Of a stretch of DNA of 64,000 nucleotides, positions 1 to 9,977 are shown piece by piece. Within the stretch, counting starts at the first letter, position 1. Each line of letters starts with the position of its first letter. Under the pieces are notes generated by a model. It had not been told where the DNA came from and did no database searches. It saw nothing but the letters and a program-made list of their open reading frames with translations. A program made the translations under genes and the position numbers. Source of the stretch: a virus; IMG/VR virus record IMGVR_UViG_3300002053_001113, positions 18,650-82,649 of that record, one strand, 5' to 3'.

Positions 1-2
1 TT

Positions 3-2969
3 GGAAATAATAATAGTGTTGTACAGATGTTATATACGATAAGAAATGTTAGTCAGGCAAACAATAGTTTAGTTTATTGGACTGCTTGGTGTAATGACAG
101 CGCTGGCAATGTATTTAATGGGTTGCAACAAGCTTATTGGGTACGACAGGAAGATAATAATGGAAGTTGGTTTAATGGTACATGGACAAATGAAAATAAT
201 ACAATAGATGGAAACTGGTCAAGTTGGGGATATTTAACAAGTCCAGGATGTGGAAATGTAGGTTATGGACAATTTTATTTTAACTATACAATTCCAGAAG
301 GAGCATTAAGAGCAAACTTTTCATTTAGAAGAGGCGGGTTGTCAAACAGTTCTTATATAGTTGATGATGTTGATGCTGGGTGTATTGAGAATAATAATGG
401 AATATTGATTATGCGTGCAGCTATACAAAGTGGGTTTACAAGTCTACCACAATGCAACTTTTATGGTTATCAAAGATGGCAATGTTGGAATGGTAGTACT
501 TGGCAAACAATTTATAATAAAGCTTTCTCCTACCCAAATGTGTATAGTGATGCTTATATTTATGAGGAGACTACGTATTGGGAATATAATGATGATATAC
601 AAACTATTAACGTGACTGATGTTACATTGCCAGCAATTTCAGTGGGCGATGGAAATAGTTTCAGTACAAATAATCGTTCTGTAATAAGTAATGCCTTACA
701 TAATTTAAGTTTAAATATAACCTATTTTGATTATAACTTGTTCCAAACGTTTATTAATATAAGTTGTGATACAAGTGGAGAGATTTATTATTGGGAGGAA
801 CTGAATTGGAATCAGACAAGTTATACACACATTGATGAAGTTGATTTAACTGGGTTGCCAATGCAAAGATGTGTATTTTTAACAGGAGCAAGTGATGACC
901 ACACTGATAACACAATAGGTGATTATAAGGTTAAAAAAATTGATAAAGGATTTGAATGGGAAACAGATAGAGGAATAAAGATTAAAATTGAGAATTTAGA
1001 TACTGGTAGTGGTGATATTGATAGTATGGAAAGTACAAAAAAGGATGACAGATATTCATTTAGTTTTAATTACAAGGATAAAAAGAATAAGAGGACATTT
1101 ATAGTTGAAAGTGATAAGATACTTTATCCAATAATTGACAGTAATTACCCAGCTCATTTTGTAGCTTGGAACCCAGAAACAAAAAGTGGAAATTGGATAG
1201 ACTTTGCAGAATATGATGTAAATGGACTTGTTAAGAAAGATAAGGAAATAAAAATAAAACAGATTAATGATTATAGATATGAGGTTGAAGTAAAGAGTGA
1301 TAAAGATATTGATAGTTTAGGATTTAATTCAATAGGTGGAACCAATGTTAATAATGCAAGTTACAGCTTTTATATAGGAGGAGCTGTAAATGTAACTGGG
1401 CTTAATGTATATGATAATGGTAGTATCAGTAATTTTTCAGTTGTTGTAACAACAAACAACTCCTATCCAGGATATAATGGAACCCAGTACATAAATTCCA
1501 CTCAAGGGTGGGTGCAAAATTTATCAAATGGAACTTACACCTTTACCTTTGTGCACCCACACTTTTATAATCAAACTTACTTTATAAATATAACTAACAA
1601 TTCACAAGACTTTCAATGGAGTAGTTATCAAGGAATAGTGAATATAAGAGCAAGAAATGTTAAGACATTGGTGTATTTAAATGAGCTTAACATTACTGTT
1701 ACTAATGAAGATTCAGCACAAGCTGATGTGCAGAATAATGTAAGTGTTGGTGTGTTTTATCTTAATGCAACAAGTTATAATTTAACTTTGGAAAAAACTG
1801 ATTATGTAACCTATTCAGAAATATTCAATTTAAGTTATCTGGAGAATAAAACAATAATAGTTGAAATGCCATTCTTAGCTACTTTTAGATTATGGGATGA
1901 AAGAACACACGACCCATTTAATATAAGCAGTCCTGATAAAATAAGTTTCTTATTATTCTGCCCCGATGAAACTTATACCACAGAGATAACTGCTGTTAAT
2001 AGTTCAATACCAATAACTTGCAATTATATTAAATTTAAGTTTGTGTTAGATTATGGAGCTACAAGTTATTATCGTACATTTATACTTGACCCAGATGAGG
2101 CACTTGATGTAGATATATATCTAATAGATTTATTAACAACACAATATATTTATAACAGTTTAATATTAGACGATTTACTATCAAGTTATGATAATCCAAG
2201 TATTTATGTAAATAAGATAATTAATGACCAGACTGTACAAATAACGGCTGATTACGTTGATGTGGAAAATAAAATTGGAGCATATTTGATAGAGAATCAT
2301 GAATATATAATAGAGGTGCACAGTGATAATAATCCTGTAAGAGTGCTTGGGTTCTACTCTGCAGATATAAGTGGAGAAAAAGTATTAAAACTTTATGATA
2401 TAACATTACAACCAACACCTTCTGGAGTAATTAAAGATATAAGTTATGTTGTTGATATTGTTAATACTACAGGTGATGATATATTAACTGCTGTTTATGA
2501 TGATAAACAAAATCTAACGACTGCTGTAACCTTTACTGTGGTTAGAGATACCTATAATGGAACTGTGTTATATACAAGTACAGTAAGTGGTGAATCACAA
2601 ATACAGTTTGAATATAATATTACACCATATGAGAATGTAACACTTTTTGCTGAGATGCAAATACAAAGACCAACAGGTGACTTTACATATACAAAGAGAA
2701 TAAGAGAGGTTACACAAATAACTTTGGAGATATTCCAATTTGTAAGTCAAAGCTGGTTTAATTGGTTCTTTACAATATTGTTAAGTGTAATAGCAATTTA
2801 TGCTACGATTAAAACAGCAAATCAGGTCACAGCAGCATTACTTGGATTAGCAGCATTATTTGTAATATTTGGTTGGTATGGAGTAAGTTGGGGTGTGCTT
2901 GGTTTATGCATACTTGTGGCGTTACTTGCAATTCTTAAAGAAGGAAGTGGAGGTCGTAAGATAATATGA
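3..2969 (+). CDS. Large membrane-anchored glycoprotein, putative virion spike/end-filament protein (5' truncated by window)
   Basis: Frame is open from the window edge; many N-x-S/T sequons; beta-rich ectodomain; 2-3 C-terminal TM helices; lies upstream of the capsid-like genes. Confidence 0.55.
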   Translation, partial: GNNNSVVQMLYTIRNVSQANNSLVYWTAWCNDSAGNVFNGLQQAYWVRQEDNNGSWFNGTWTNENNTIDGNWSSWGYLTSPGCGNVGYGQFYFNYTIPEGALRANFSFRRGGLSNSSYIVDDVDAGCIENNNGILIMRAAIQSGFTSLPQCNFYGYQRWQCWNGSTWQTIYNKAFSYPNVYSDAYIYEETTYWEYNDDIQTINVTDVTLPAISVGDGNSFSTNNRSVISNALHNLSLNITYFDYNLFQTFINISCDTSGEIYYWEELNWNQTSYTHIDEVDLTGLPMQRCVFLTGASDDHTDNTIGDYKVKKIDKGFEWETDRGIKIKIENLDTGSGDIDSMESTKKDDRYSFSFNYKDKKNKRTFIVESDKILYPIIDSNYPAHFVAWNPETKSGNWIDFAEYDVNGLVKKDKEIKIKQINDYRYEVEVKSDKDIDSLGFNSIGGTNVNNASYSFYIGGAVNVTGLNVYDNGSISNFSVVVTTNNSYPGYNGTQYINSTQGWVQNLSNGTYTFTFVHPHFYNQTYFINITNNSQDFQWSSYQGIVNIRARNVKTLVYLNELNITVTNEDSAQADVQNNVSVGVFYLNATSYNLTLEKTDYVTYSEIFNLSYLENKTIIVEMPFLATFRLWDERTHDPFNISSPDKISFLLFCPDETYTTEITAVNSSIPITCNYIKFKFVLDYGATSYYRTFILDPDEALDVDIYLIDLLTTQYIYNSLILDDLLSSYDNPSIYVNKIINDQTVQITADYVDVENKIGAYLIENHEYIIEVHSDNNPVRVLGFYSADISGEKVLKLYDITLQPTPSGVIKDISYVVDIVNTTGDDILTAVYDDKQNLTTAVTFTVVRDTYNGTVLYTSTVSGESQIQFEYNITPYENVTLFAEMQIQRPTGDFTYTKRIREVTQITLEIFQFVSQSWFNWFFTILLSVIAIYATIKTANQVTAALLGLAALFVIFGWYGVSWGVLGLCILVALLAILKEGSGGRKII

Positions 2970-3388
2970 ATATAGTTATTAAGTTAATGGTTTTTAGTAT
3001 AGTATTAAATTTTGCCACAGGTGTAATGATGGCAGCTATACCTGCTTTTGATGTTTCAAATACTGGAGGACTTGTTTATGAGACTGATTATGCAGGAGAG
3101 TTTGTGAGTGGAATGAATCAAACAATTCAACCAGTGAGTGAGTTAGAGAGTAAAGGAGACCAAATTTATAGGTTGTTAGACTTAATGAATTTAGGATTTA
3201 TAAATAAATTGATACAGACAATAGATAAATATATGTTTGGGTTTGTAAATATTTTACAAGCAGTTATTGGGCCTGCATTAGACCCAGCAGTACGAACGAT
3301 AGTATTTAGTGGACTAAAAACTATAATAACAATAGGTTATTTATTTGGAGCATTCTATCTATTTACAGGTAGAGATGTGAGGGACTAA
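2966..3388 (+). CDS. Membrane protein, putative virion component
   Basis: N- and C-terminal hydrophobic segments; ATGA overlap with the previous gene. Confidence 0.55.
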   Translation: MNIVIKLMVFSIVLNFATGVMMAAIPAFDVSNTGGLVYETDYAGEFVSGMNQTIQPVSELESKGDQIYRLLDLMNLGFINKLIQTIDKYMFGFVNILQAVIGPALDPAVRTIVFSGLKTIITIGYLFGAFYLFTGRDVRD

Positions 3389-3389
3389 A

Positions 3390-3680
3390 ATGGTTAATGC
3401 AACAGGATGGACAGAACTTTTGGATGCGAACTTAATTGGTGCAGCTTTTACTATGTTTGATACTGCATTTGTTGGGTGGACTGTTGCTATATTATTTTTT
3501 GTTTTTCAGTTTATGATAATAGTAAAAACCAGAAACGTGACTATTGCTTGGACTGTTGGAATATTGTTCGCAAGTCTTTATGCTGTAAGTGCATTTGTAA
3601 AACCAATTAGCATACAAGTAATATTTTTATTGTTGGTTTTTGAATTAGCAGGCATAATATATTTATTATTGTGGAAATAA
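3390..3680 (+). CDS. Small multi-TM membrane protein
   Basis: About three hydrophobic helices in 96 aa; operonic spacing. Confidence 0.6.
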   Translation: MVNATGWTELLDANLIGAAFTMFDTAFVGWTVAILFFVFQFMIIVKTRNVTIAWTVGILFASLYAVSAFVKPISIQVIFLLLVFELAGIIYLLLWK

Positions 3681-3681
3681 A

Positions 3682-3909
3682 ATGGCGAAACGAAAAGTTA
3701 TCATTACAAATAACAGAGAAATTTATGAAAAACTTAATATGCTAAATTTTTCACCCGAGGTTGTATTAAAAGGTGTGAAAGAACTTCAAATTAATAGAAT
3801 ATTGAATAACATTAATAGTTCAAGTAAAATCTTAGATAGTGAGATTTTAGGCGACTATATACTTATTAAAAAAATTGGTCCAATTAACTATCAAGTATAT
3901 TTAAAGTAA
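3682..3909 (+). CDS. Hypothetical protein
   Basis: ORF in tight operon. Confidence 0.45.
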   Translation: MAKRKVIITNNREIYEKLNMLNFSPEVVLKGVKELQINRILNNINSSSKILDSEILGDYILIKKIGPINYQVYLK

Positions 3910-3916
3910 TATCAAA

Positions 3917-3934
3917 AAAATATATATATAAAGG
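3917..3934 (+). promoter_or_regulatory. Putative late-class promoter AAAATATATATATAAAG
   Basis: Near-identical motif upstream of 3977, 11373, 15003, 16930 (+) and 56875 (-). Confidence 0.65.
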
Positions 3935-3976
3935 AGAAGGATTACTTATATTACAAAGAAACGGAGGTATAATACA

Positions 3977-4201
3977 ATGTTTATGCAAATAGCAATTGGG
4001 GCAATTGGAATTGGTGTTGTGTTAATGGTAGGTTATTTAGTTATTGCTCAGGTAAGAGCTGCACTACCAACCACAATTAATGATAGCAATTTGACAGCAG
4101 CTTTGTCAAGTACACAAGCAACAGTATTTGCAGGATTTGGGTTAATCGCTGTAGGTATAATTGTGTTAGCAGCATTTGGACTGATTAACATCTTTAAATA
4201 A
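3977..4201 (+). CDS. Putative major capsid protein copy 1 (spindle-shaped-virus-type hydrophobic helical hairpin)
   Basis: 74 aa; two hydrophobic helices joined by a polar loop with an NLT sequon; GGAGG RBS. Confidence 0.7.
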   Translation: MFMQIAIGAIGIGVVLMVGYLVIAQVRAALPTTINDSNLTAALSSTQATVFAGFGLIAVGIIVLAAFGLINIFK

Positions 4202-4231
4202 GACTTGCTGAAAAGCGGAGGTAATTAGAAG

Positions 4232-4528
4232 ATGTTTATGCAGATAGCAATTGGAGCTATAGGAATTGGCGTTGTACTAATGGTTGGCTATTTAGTAATA
4301 GCACAGGTTAGAGGTGCTTTGCCAGTACCACAGATTAGCAATCCGTGTTATGGAACAAACCTAACAGGTGATTGTGCAGGAGGTGACAACACCAGTTTAT
4401 TGATTAATGACCCAGGTTATGTTTCAGGAATAACAGGAACACAAGCGACAGTATTTGCAGGGTTTGGTTTGCTTGCTGTAGGAATTATTGTACTTGCTGC
4501 ATTTGGTTTAATTAATATTTTCAAATAG
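4232..4528 (+). CDS. Putative capsid protein copy 2 with extended Cys-containing loop
   Basis: Same helices as copy 1; loop is about 25 aa longer, with 2 Cys and NLT/NTS sequons. Confidence 0.7.
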   Translation: MFMQIAIGAIGIGVVLMVGYLVIAQVRGALPVPQISNPCYGTNLTGDCAGGDNTSLLINDPGYVSGITGTQATVFAGFGLLAVGIIVLAAFGLINIFK

Positions 4529-4585
4529 GCAGGTTCATACAACGATAGAGTTTTAATAAAAAAACACAACGGAGGGATAGCCAAA

Positions 4586-4807
4586 ATGTTTATGCAGATA
4601 GCAATTGGGGCAATCGGCATTGGCGTAGTCCTTATGGTTGGATACCTTGTGATAGCACAGGTAAGAGCTGCATTGCCAGCTTCTGCTGACGGAAACGTCA
4701 CTGCAGGTTTGGCAAGCACGCAGGCTACTGTGTTTGCAGGTTTCGGCCTAATTGCCGTCGGTATAATTGTACTGGCTGCATTTGGACTCATCAACATCTT
4801 TAAATAA
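4586..4807 (+). CDS. Putative capsid protein copy 3
   Basis: Same helices; loop with an NVT sequon; followed by a T-rich tract. Confidence 0.7.
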   Translation: MFMQIAIGAIGIGVVLMVGYLVIAQVRAALPASADGNVTAGLASTQATVFAGFGLIAVGIIVLAAFGLINIFK

Positions 4808-4909
4808 ATTTAAAGATGCAAAATGCTGTATAGTATGGTAAATTTTTTTATTTTTTTTCTATTTCTACCAAAACATTTAAATAGTAGAAGGTTAGTATTA
4901 TTTAGTAAA

Positions 4910-5044
4910 ATGTTAAAAACAATAAAGGTGAAGGAAAGAACTCATTCTAGACTTAAGGAAGTTGGGCAAATGGGGGAGACATTTGATAGTTTATTTAATA
5001 GGCTAATAGACGAGTTTAAGAAAAACAATGGGGAGGGAGGTTAG
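4910..5044 (+). CDS. Ribbon-helix-helix (VapB/DUF217-like) DNA-binding protein
   Basis: MLKTIKVKERTHSRLKEVGQMGETFDSLFNRLI fits the archaeal RHH pattern; CAAAACATTTAAATAG promoter about 25-40 bp upstream. Confidence 0.65.
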   Translation: MLKTIKVKERTHSRLKEVGQMGETFDSLFNRLIDEFKKNNGEGG

Positions 5045-5047
5045 AAA

Positions 5048-5368
5048 ATGTTAATAGAACTTTTTATATTTTTTCAGATTGTTGTACTGGTATTGTTTGC
5101 AGTTTCTTTTTTTACCAAACAAGAGGTACTTTGGGCACTGACCATTGTAGTTGCTGGAATTTTGATGTTTACTGCCTATCATGTTGAAACTTATGTGTAT
5201 GAATATAATACTACCACAGGTGCTTATGACCCAATGATAGTTTCACACAATTATCCATATTTAATGGGCATCAATTTATTATTTTTTGTATTGGCTTTAA
5301 TATTTGGCTTATTTGATTTGTTTGATAAGTATGGTATAAAGCTTAAAAAGAAAAGACGGCAGGTGTGA
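5048..5368 (+). CDS. Membrane protein (3 TM)
   Basis: Hydrophobic helices with a basic C-terminal tail. Confidence 0.6.
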   Translation: MLIELFIFFQIVVLVLFAVSFFTKQEVLWALTIVVAGILMFTAYHVETYVYEYNTTTGAYDPMIVSHNYPYLMGINLLFFVLALIFGLFDLFDKYGIKLKKKRRQV

Positions 5369-5369
5369 T

Positions 5370-7301
5370 ATGAGGTTAAAGGCTCTAGTAATTTTAATAA
5401 TGCTGGTTCTACTTTGTAATCTTTCTTTTGCTTATAATATTTTTAGTCCAGAGAGTCCACCAGGTGTTGCACCAGGACAAGTTTGTTTAATTTCTGGTGG
5501 AACTGGGTGCAATATGAGCGGACCAATTTATATGAATAATAATAATATTTATGATGGTGTATTTATTAATGCGACGTGGGTTGGAATAATTTATATTAAT
5601 GCAACACAAGTTTTAAATGAGTATTGGGTAAATGAAAGTGGAGACATAATGACTGGAGATTTAAATATGAACAATAATGATATTCAGAATGTTGGTGAGT
5701 TTACAAACTTTTTTGATACTATGTGTCCTGGTAATCAATATATTTATGATATAAATGATAATGGTAGTTTTTCGTGTGGGACACCAATTGACACCTGGTG
5801 GCCACTAGGCGGTAGTTTTTTATATAATTGTAGTGGAAGTTTATGTTTTGATGAAAGTAAATTAAATGATACTATTGATGCAAGAGATACAGACACCTGG
5901 TGGCCAATTGCAGGTTATTTAATTAATGATAGTGGAAATTTAAATGTTAATGAAAGTATGTTAAATAAAACAATAAGTGGAGTAATTAATTTTTCAGAAC
6001 ATTGGGTTGATGAGGAAGGAGACACAATGAGTGGAGATTTAAATATGTCTTTTCATAACATAAGTGAAGTTGCTACTATAAGAGCAGATTATTATGGTAG
6101 TAATTCACCAATTAGATTTGTTGATGAGAATGGAACTGTTATTGCTCAGATGTCAACAACAAATTACACAGGTTGGGGTAGTGAGTATGGTGATATAGTG
6201 GCAAGGACAATAACAGTAGATAGGCTAATAATAAGAGGGTTATTGAATTATAGTAATACAGAACCTCCAGATGTATGGGATGCTGACGAGATTTATATTA
6301 ATGAATTTAATTTTACTTTTTATTTTAATGAAAGTATGTTGAACAATACTATTGATACAAAAATTGTGGAGTTTAATTTTTCAAGATGGCCTTTGGGTGA
6401 TGATTATTTAGTTAATTGTTCTGGAAGTTTATGTATGAATGAGAGTAAATTAAATGCAACTATTGAAACAGTTTCTAATGAGACAGACCCATATTTTCAT
6501 TATTATTTTATTTATAATCAGTCAACAGGTTATTTAGAATTATGGGTTAATAATACAAAACAACAGGAGTGGGGTAACTCTACTAATGTTTATGGTAAGG
6601 CAACATTTTATGGAAATTCATTCTTTCAAAATATGACTGGAAACGATTTACTTATAGATGCAAATGTTAGAGTGGCTTATAATATAAATGTAAGTGGTTG
6701 GTATTATGGCAATGGAAGTAGGCTTGAGGGGGTTTGTCTAACAAATGGAAGTGGCTGTGGTCCTAACCAAACTGATACACGTATTAAGTCTACTCCACCT
6801 TATTTGTATGACAATAGCACACATATATTTTTTAATGAGAGTAGATTGAATATAACAATACAAGGTAATCTTAATGATACAGATACACACATACAAGGAG
6901 ATGGTGTTTATTTATATGATAATTATACCACAATGTTTTTAAATGAAAGTAAGTTAAATAATACAATAACGTCGTTGGCAGATGTAAAGGCTTATGAATA
7001 TAATTTTACAGTTGTGGTGAGTGGAGGGACAGGAAGTGCAGTATCAGGCCAGACTTTTAACTATTTGATTACACAAGTGACAGTATATCCGCCAACAACT
7101 CCTATAAGTTACCATTTTGAGCTTAATGAAACAACAAGTGGTGATATAATTGATAGAGATAGAAAGGCACACACAGGGGTTTGGGATATCTATAAACAAC
7201 ACAGTTTGAATGATAGTGTAACAGCAACTATCACAAATTCAAATCAGGATGGTAATTTTACTGTTAGAATAAAGTATATTGATAATGTAATACAGGTATA
7301 G
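5370..7301 (+). CDS. Secreted fibre-like repeat glycoprotein
   Basis: Signal peptide; repeats of YLxNxSGxLxFNESKLNxTI; two WVxExGDxMxGDLNM motifs of the kind seen in viral fibres. Confidence 0.55.
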   Translation: MRLKALVILIMLVLLCNLSFAYNIFSPESPPGVAPGQVCLISGGTGCNMSGPIYMNNNNIYDGVFINATWVGIIYINATQVLNEYWVNESGDIMTGDLNMNNNDIQNVGEFTNFFDTMCPGNQYIYDINDNGSFSCGTPIDTWWPLGGSFLYNCSGSLCFDESKLNDTIDARDTDTWWPIAGYLINDSGNLNVNESMLNKTISGVINFSEHWVDEEGDTMSGDLNMSFHNISEVATIRADYYGSNSPIRFVDENGTVIAQMSTTNYTGWGSEYGDIVARTITVDRLIIRGLLNYSNTEPPDVWDADEIYINEFNFTFYFNESMLNNTIDTKIVEFNFSRWPLGDDYLVNCSGSLCMNESKLNATIETVSNETDPYFHYYFIYNQSTGYLELWVNNTKQQEWGNSTNVYGKATFYGNSFFQNMTGNDLLIDANVRVAYNINVSGWYYGNGSRLEGVCLTNGSGCGPNQTDTRIKSTPPYLYDNSTHIFFNESRLNITIQGNLNDTDTHIQGDGVYLYDNYTTMFLNESKLNNTITSLADVKAYEYNFTVVVSGGTGSAVSGQTFNYLITQVTVYPPTTPISYHFELNETTSGDIIDRDRKAHTGVWDIYKQHSLNDSVTATITNSNQDGNFTVRIKYIDNVIQV

Positions 7302-7311
7302 GTGAGACAAA

Positions 7312-9396
7312 ATGAAAAAACTAATAATAATACCAATATGTTTGTTGTTTGTAATACCTTTTATTATGGCTGACCAGACTGTGAAAACTGTTGAAATACC
7401 TTTAGGATATGAGGCTATGGCAGGTGCTAATACAATTTATTATTATAATTTAAGTGTTGATTACCCAGATGGAATTGATAGAGTGTTGGCAATGGAAATA
7501 TTAGTTAAAGGAGATTATGCTGCTAATACAATATCATATGCAGGATTTTTGGTTGATGATACAGTAGTATATTGCACACCATCACAATGGACTATTTATT
7601 TAACATCAAATAATTATGAAATGAGTTTTGATTGCACACCGTTATTACAAAGTGCTAATTGGCAAGGTGGAAATATAACTTTTGTAATGATGAGTGATAC
7701 GCTTTCTGCTAATGTAAAAACAAGAGTTAAATTAACATATTACAATAATCCATTAGCCAGTATGATTGTAACTGGAACTTATTATGAAAGTGGCGATATT
7801 GGAAGAGTTTATGTTCAAGTGGCTGATGATGGAGTTCCAGTTACCAATGCAAGTTGTTATGCTACTATTTATGCACCAGACTATACTATATGGGCTGATA
7901 GTCAATTATTAGTTGAACTACCAGGTGAATCAGGTATGTATGTTTATCCATTTGTAGCACCCAACGAGACTGGTGTTTATGGCATAGCTGTGAGTTGTCA
8001 GTATGATTATAGTACATTTTGGGTATATCAGGCAGATGATATTGATTATGTTGATTATACTGTAACACTTGGTACTTGGGATGGAGGAGCTGCTATTAAT
8101 TTAAATGATTATGCTGATGGTTTGTATATGGCGTTTACATCAGGAGGAGGAGCAACAAAAAGTGTTGATGTATATTATGATTTTGATATAACTGGTAAAG
8201 TAACTATAGATAATACAACAGATATATATTTACATTGGTTGGGAGAGGCTACAGGTACACCAACACTTACTATGTATTGGTGGAATTGGACAAGTGGTGT
8301 TTGGGTAACTTTTCCAGACACATTAACACTTTCAGGAAAAGGAGGAACAGCTGCACCAACAGGCGCTGATGACTATTTATCAAGCAAATTTTTGTTTGAC
8401 AATTATAATGATGTTATAAATAGTAGCAATATTATTAGAGTTAGAACACTGCTGGGGGGACCAGCAATTTTTAATTATTGGCATAATTGGTTGGCGTTAC
8501 GTTTTAACTCACCATCTTCATCAACCTTAAGCCAAATTAGAGGTGGGGGAGAGATAAATGTAAAAAACAGATTAGAGGATATACCGTTTAATGTTTGGAA
8601 TTATACAAACAGAACGCTAACAGCAACAGGACAACATTGGGTAGGAAAAACTGAATATGTACCAAATGAGATAGGAAAGGTAGTTATTAGAGCTATTGAT
8701 TCTAATGGAGAACCATTGGAGGGAGCTGATTGTGAGGTGGGTGTAGTTTATCCAAATAATACTTTTTATATTAATAGAAGTAATATGACTGAGTGGGCAG
8801 GTAATATAACTGGTATTTATTATTTTGATTTCCTTGTTCCAGATGTTTCAGGAATATATACTTATGGTGTTGATTGTTTTAAAGGTGGAAAAGATTATTA
8901 TATGTTAAATACGTTCCACGTGGTTGTTCCAGAAGTTTATGCAGTAAATAATATAACATCTGAGGAGATTTGGAATTATACAAATAGAAATTTAACTTAC
9001 TATCCACCAACCACAACTGCAGAAGGTGTTTGGAATTATACAAATAGAACGTTGACATATTATGAAGATGTTACAAATTATACCTTAATTCCAATTGATG
9101 TTTGGAATTATGCAAACAGGACACTAACGTATTATGATGTAAATAATATAACACCAAATGATATCTGGGCATTTATTAATAGAAATTTAACTTACTACCC
9201 ACCAACAACAACTGCAGAGCAAATTTGGAATTACACAAACAGGAATTTAACTTATTATGAGGATACAACAAATTACACAAGAATACCAGATGATGTATGG
9301 GGTTATAGTGGTAATGTTACAAGTAATTTATTAGCACAATTTGCAACAGACATTTGGGGCTATGTGGCAAGATATACACACGGGGTGGTGATATAA
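7312..9396 (+). CDS. Secreted glycoprotein with duplicated Ig-like domains and C-terminal WNYTNRxLTYY repeats
   Basis: Signal peptide; two related 'A.C...I.YP....G.Y.Y.F..P...G.Y...V.C' domains; 6 or more WNYTNR repeats. Confidence 0.55.
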   Translation: MKKLIIIPICLLFVIPFIMADQTVKTVEIPLGYEAMAGANTIYYYNLSVDYPDGIDRVLAMEILVKGDYAANTISYAGFLVDDTVVYCTPSQWTIYLTSNNYEMSFDCTPLLQSANWQGGNITFVMMSDTLSANVKTRVKLTYYNNPLASMIVTGTYYESGDIGRVYVQVADDGVPVTNASCYATIYAPDYTIWADSQLLVELPGESGMYVYPFVAPNETGVYGIAVSCQYDYSTFWVYQADDIDYVDYTVTLGTWDGGAAINLNDYADGLYMAFTSGGGATKSVDVYYDFDITGKVTIDNTTDIYLHWLGEATGTPTLTMYWWNWTSGVWVTFPDTLTLSGKGGTAAPTGADDYLSSKFLFDNYNDVINSSNIIRVRTLLGGPAIFNYWHNWLALRFNSPSSSTLSQIRGGGEINVKNRLEDIPFNVWNYTNRTLTATGQHWVGKTEYVPNEIGKVVIRAIDSNGEPLEGADCEVGVVYPNNTFYINRSNMTEWAGNITGIYYFDFLVPDVSGIYTYGVDCFKGGKDYYMLNTFHVVVPEVYAVNNITSEEIWNYTNRNLTYYPPTTTAEGVWNYTNRTLTYYEDVTNYTLIPIDVWNYANRTLTYYDVNNITPNDIWAFINRNLTYYPPTTTAEQIWNYTNRNLTYYEDTTNYTRIPDDVWGYSGNVTSNLLAQFATDIWGYVARYTHGVVI

Positions 9397-9397
9397 A

Positions 9398-9961
9398 ATG
9401 GATGAAAGAACGCCAGTGCATAGAATAGAAGGATTAGGTAGACAACAGCTTCCACCAGAGTTAATGCCTCGTCAAAGAAGAGCTTTACAACAACAAATGG
9501 CGCCAAATCCATTTGCTGTTGAACAATATAGAAATATTGGTCTGCCTGATATGCCAGTAAGTTTTGGTGGGGGTATGACTGAAACTATGTTGAACAATAG
9601 CGAGGTTCCTGAAGAGATTAGGAATAGGTTTTGGTATATATTCCATAAAGATAATGTATTAACATTTTTAGATGAGGACAGAAAGGAGAGTAAGTTATTA
9701 AATTATGATATTATTAAAATTGATATATTGAATAGTATTCCATATTATGACTACACGTTTGAACAGGAATTACAGTTTGATATGTTGAGAAATGTTTTAG
9801 AGACTAAATTAGATAGAGCATTAGGATTTAAAGGCCAGAATATTAAAAATGAAAGAATAATGCTTCAATCACAATTTAGTGAACAGAGACATATAAGTGA
9901 AACAGGAGATGGAGGACCAATTAAAGAAGGGTTCTTTAAACGTTTGCTTGGCAGAAGGTAA
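9398..9961 (+). CDS. Hypothetical protein
   Basis: ORF with GGTGA RBS. Confidence 0.55.
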   Translation: MDERTPVHRIEGLGRQQLPPELMPRQRRALQQQMAPNPFAVEQYRNIGLPDMPVSFGGGMTETMLNNSEVPEEIRNRFWYIFHKDNVLTFLDEDRKESKLLNYDIIKIDILNSIPYYDYTFEQELQFDMLRNVLETKLDRALGFKGQNIKNERIMLQSQFSEQRHISETGDGGPIKEGFFKRLLGRR

Positions 9962-9977
9962 ATAGGGGGTTTTAGAA

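Noticed and set aside
4417-4797. 126-aa antisense ORF, and similar shadow ORFs such as 15989-16387, 28395-28841, 37699-38461 and 54353-54715
   Set aside because: They are reverse-frame shadows of well-supported genes, with no RBS or motifs
3977-4807. Type IV pilins/archaellins
   Set aside because: No class III signal peptide (basic-G|hydrophobic with E5) and no globular head; two hydrophobic helices instead
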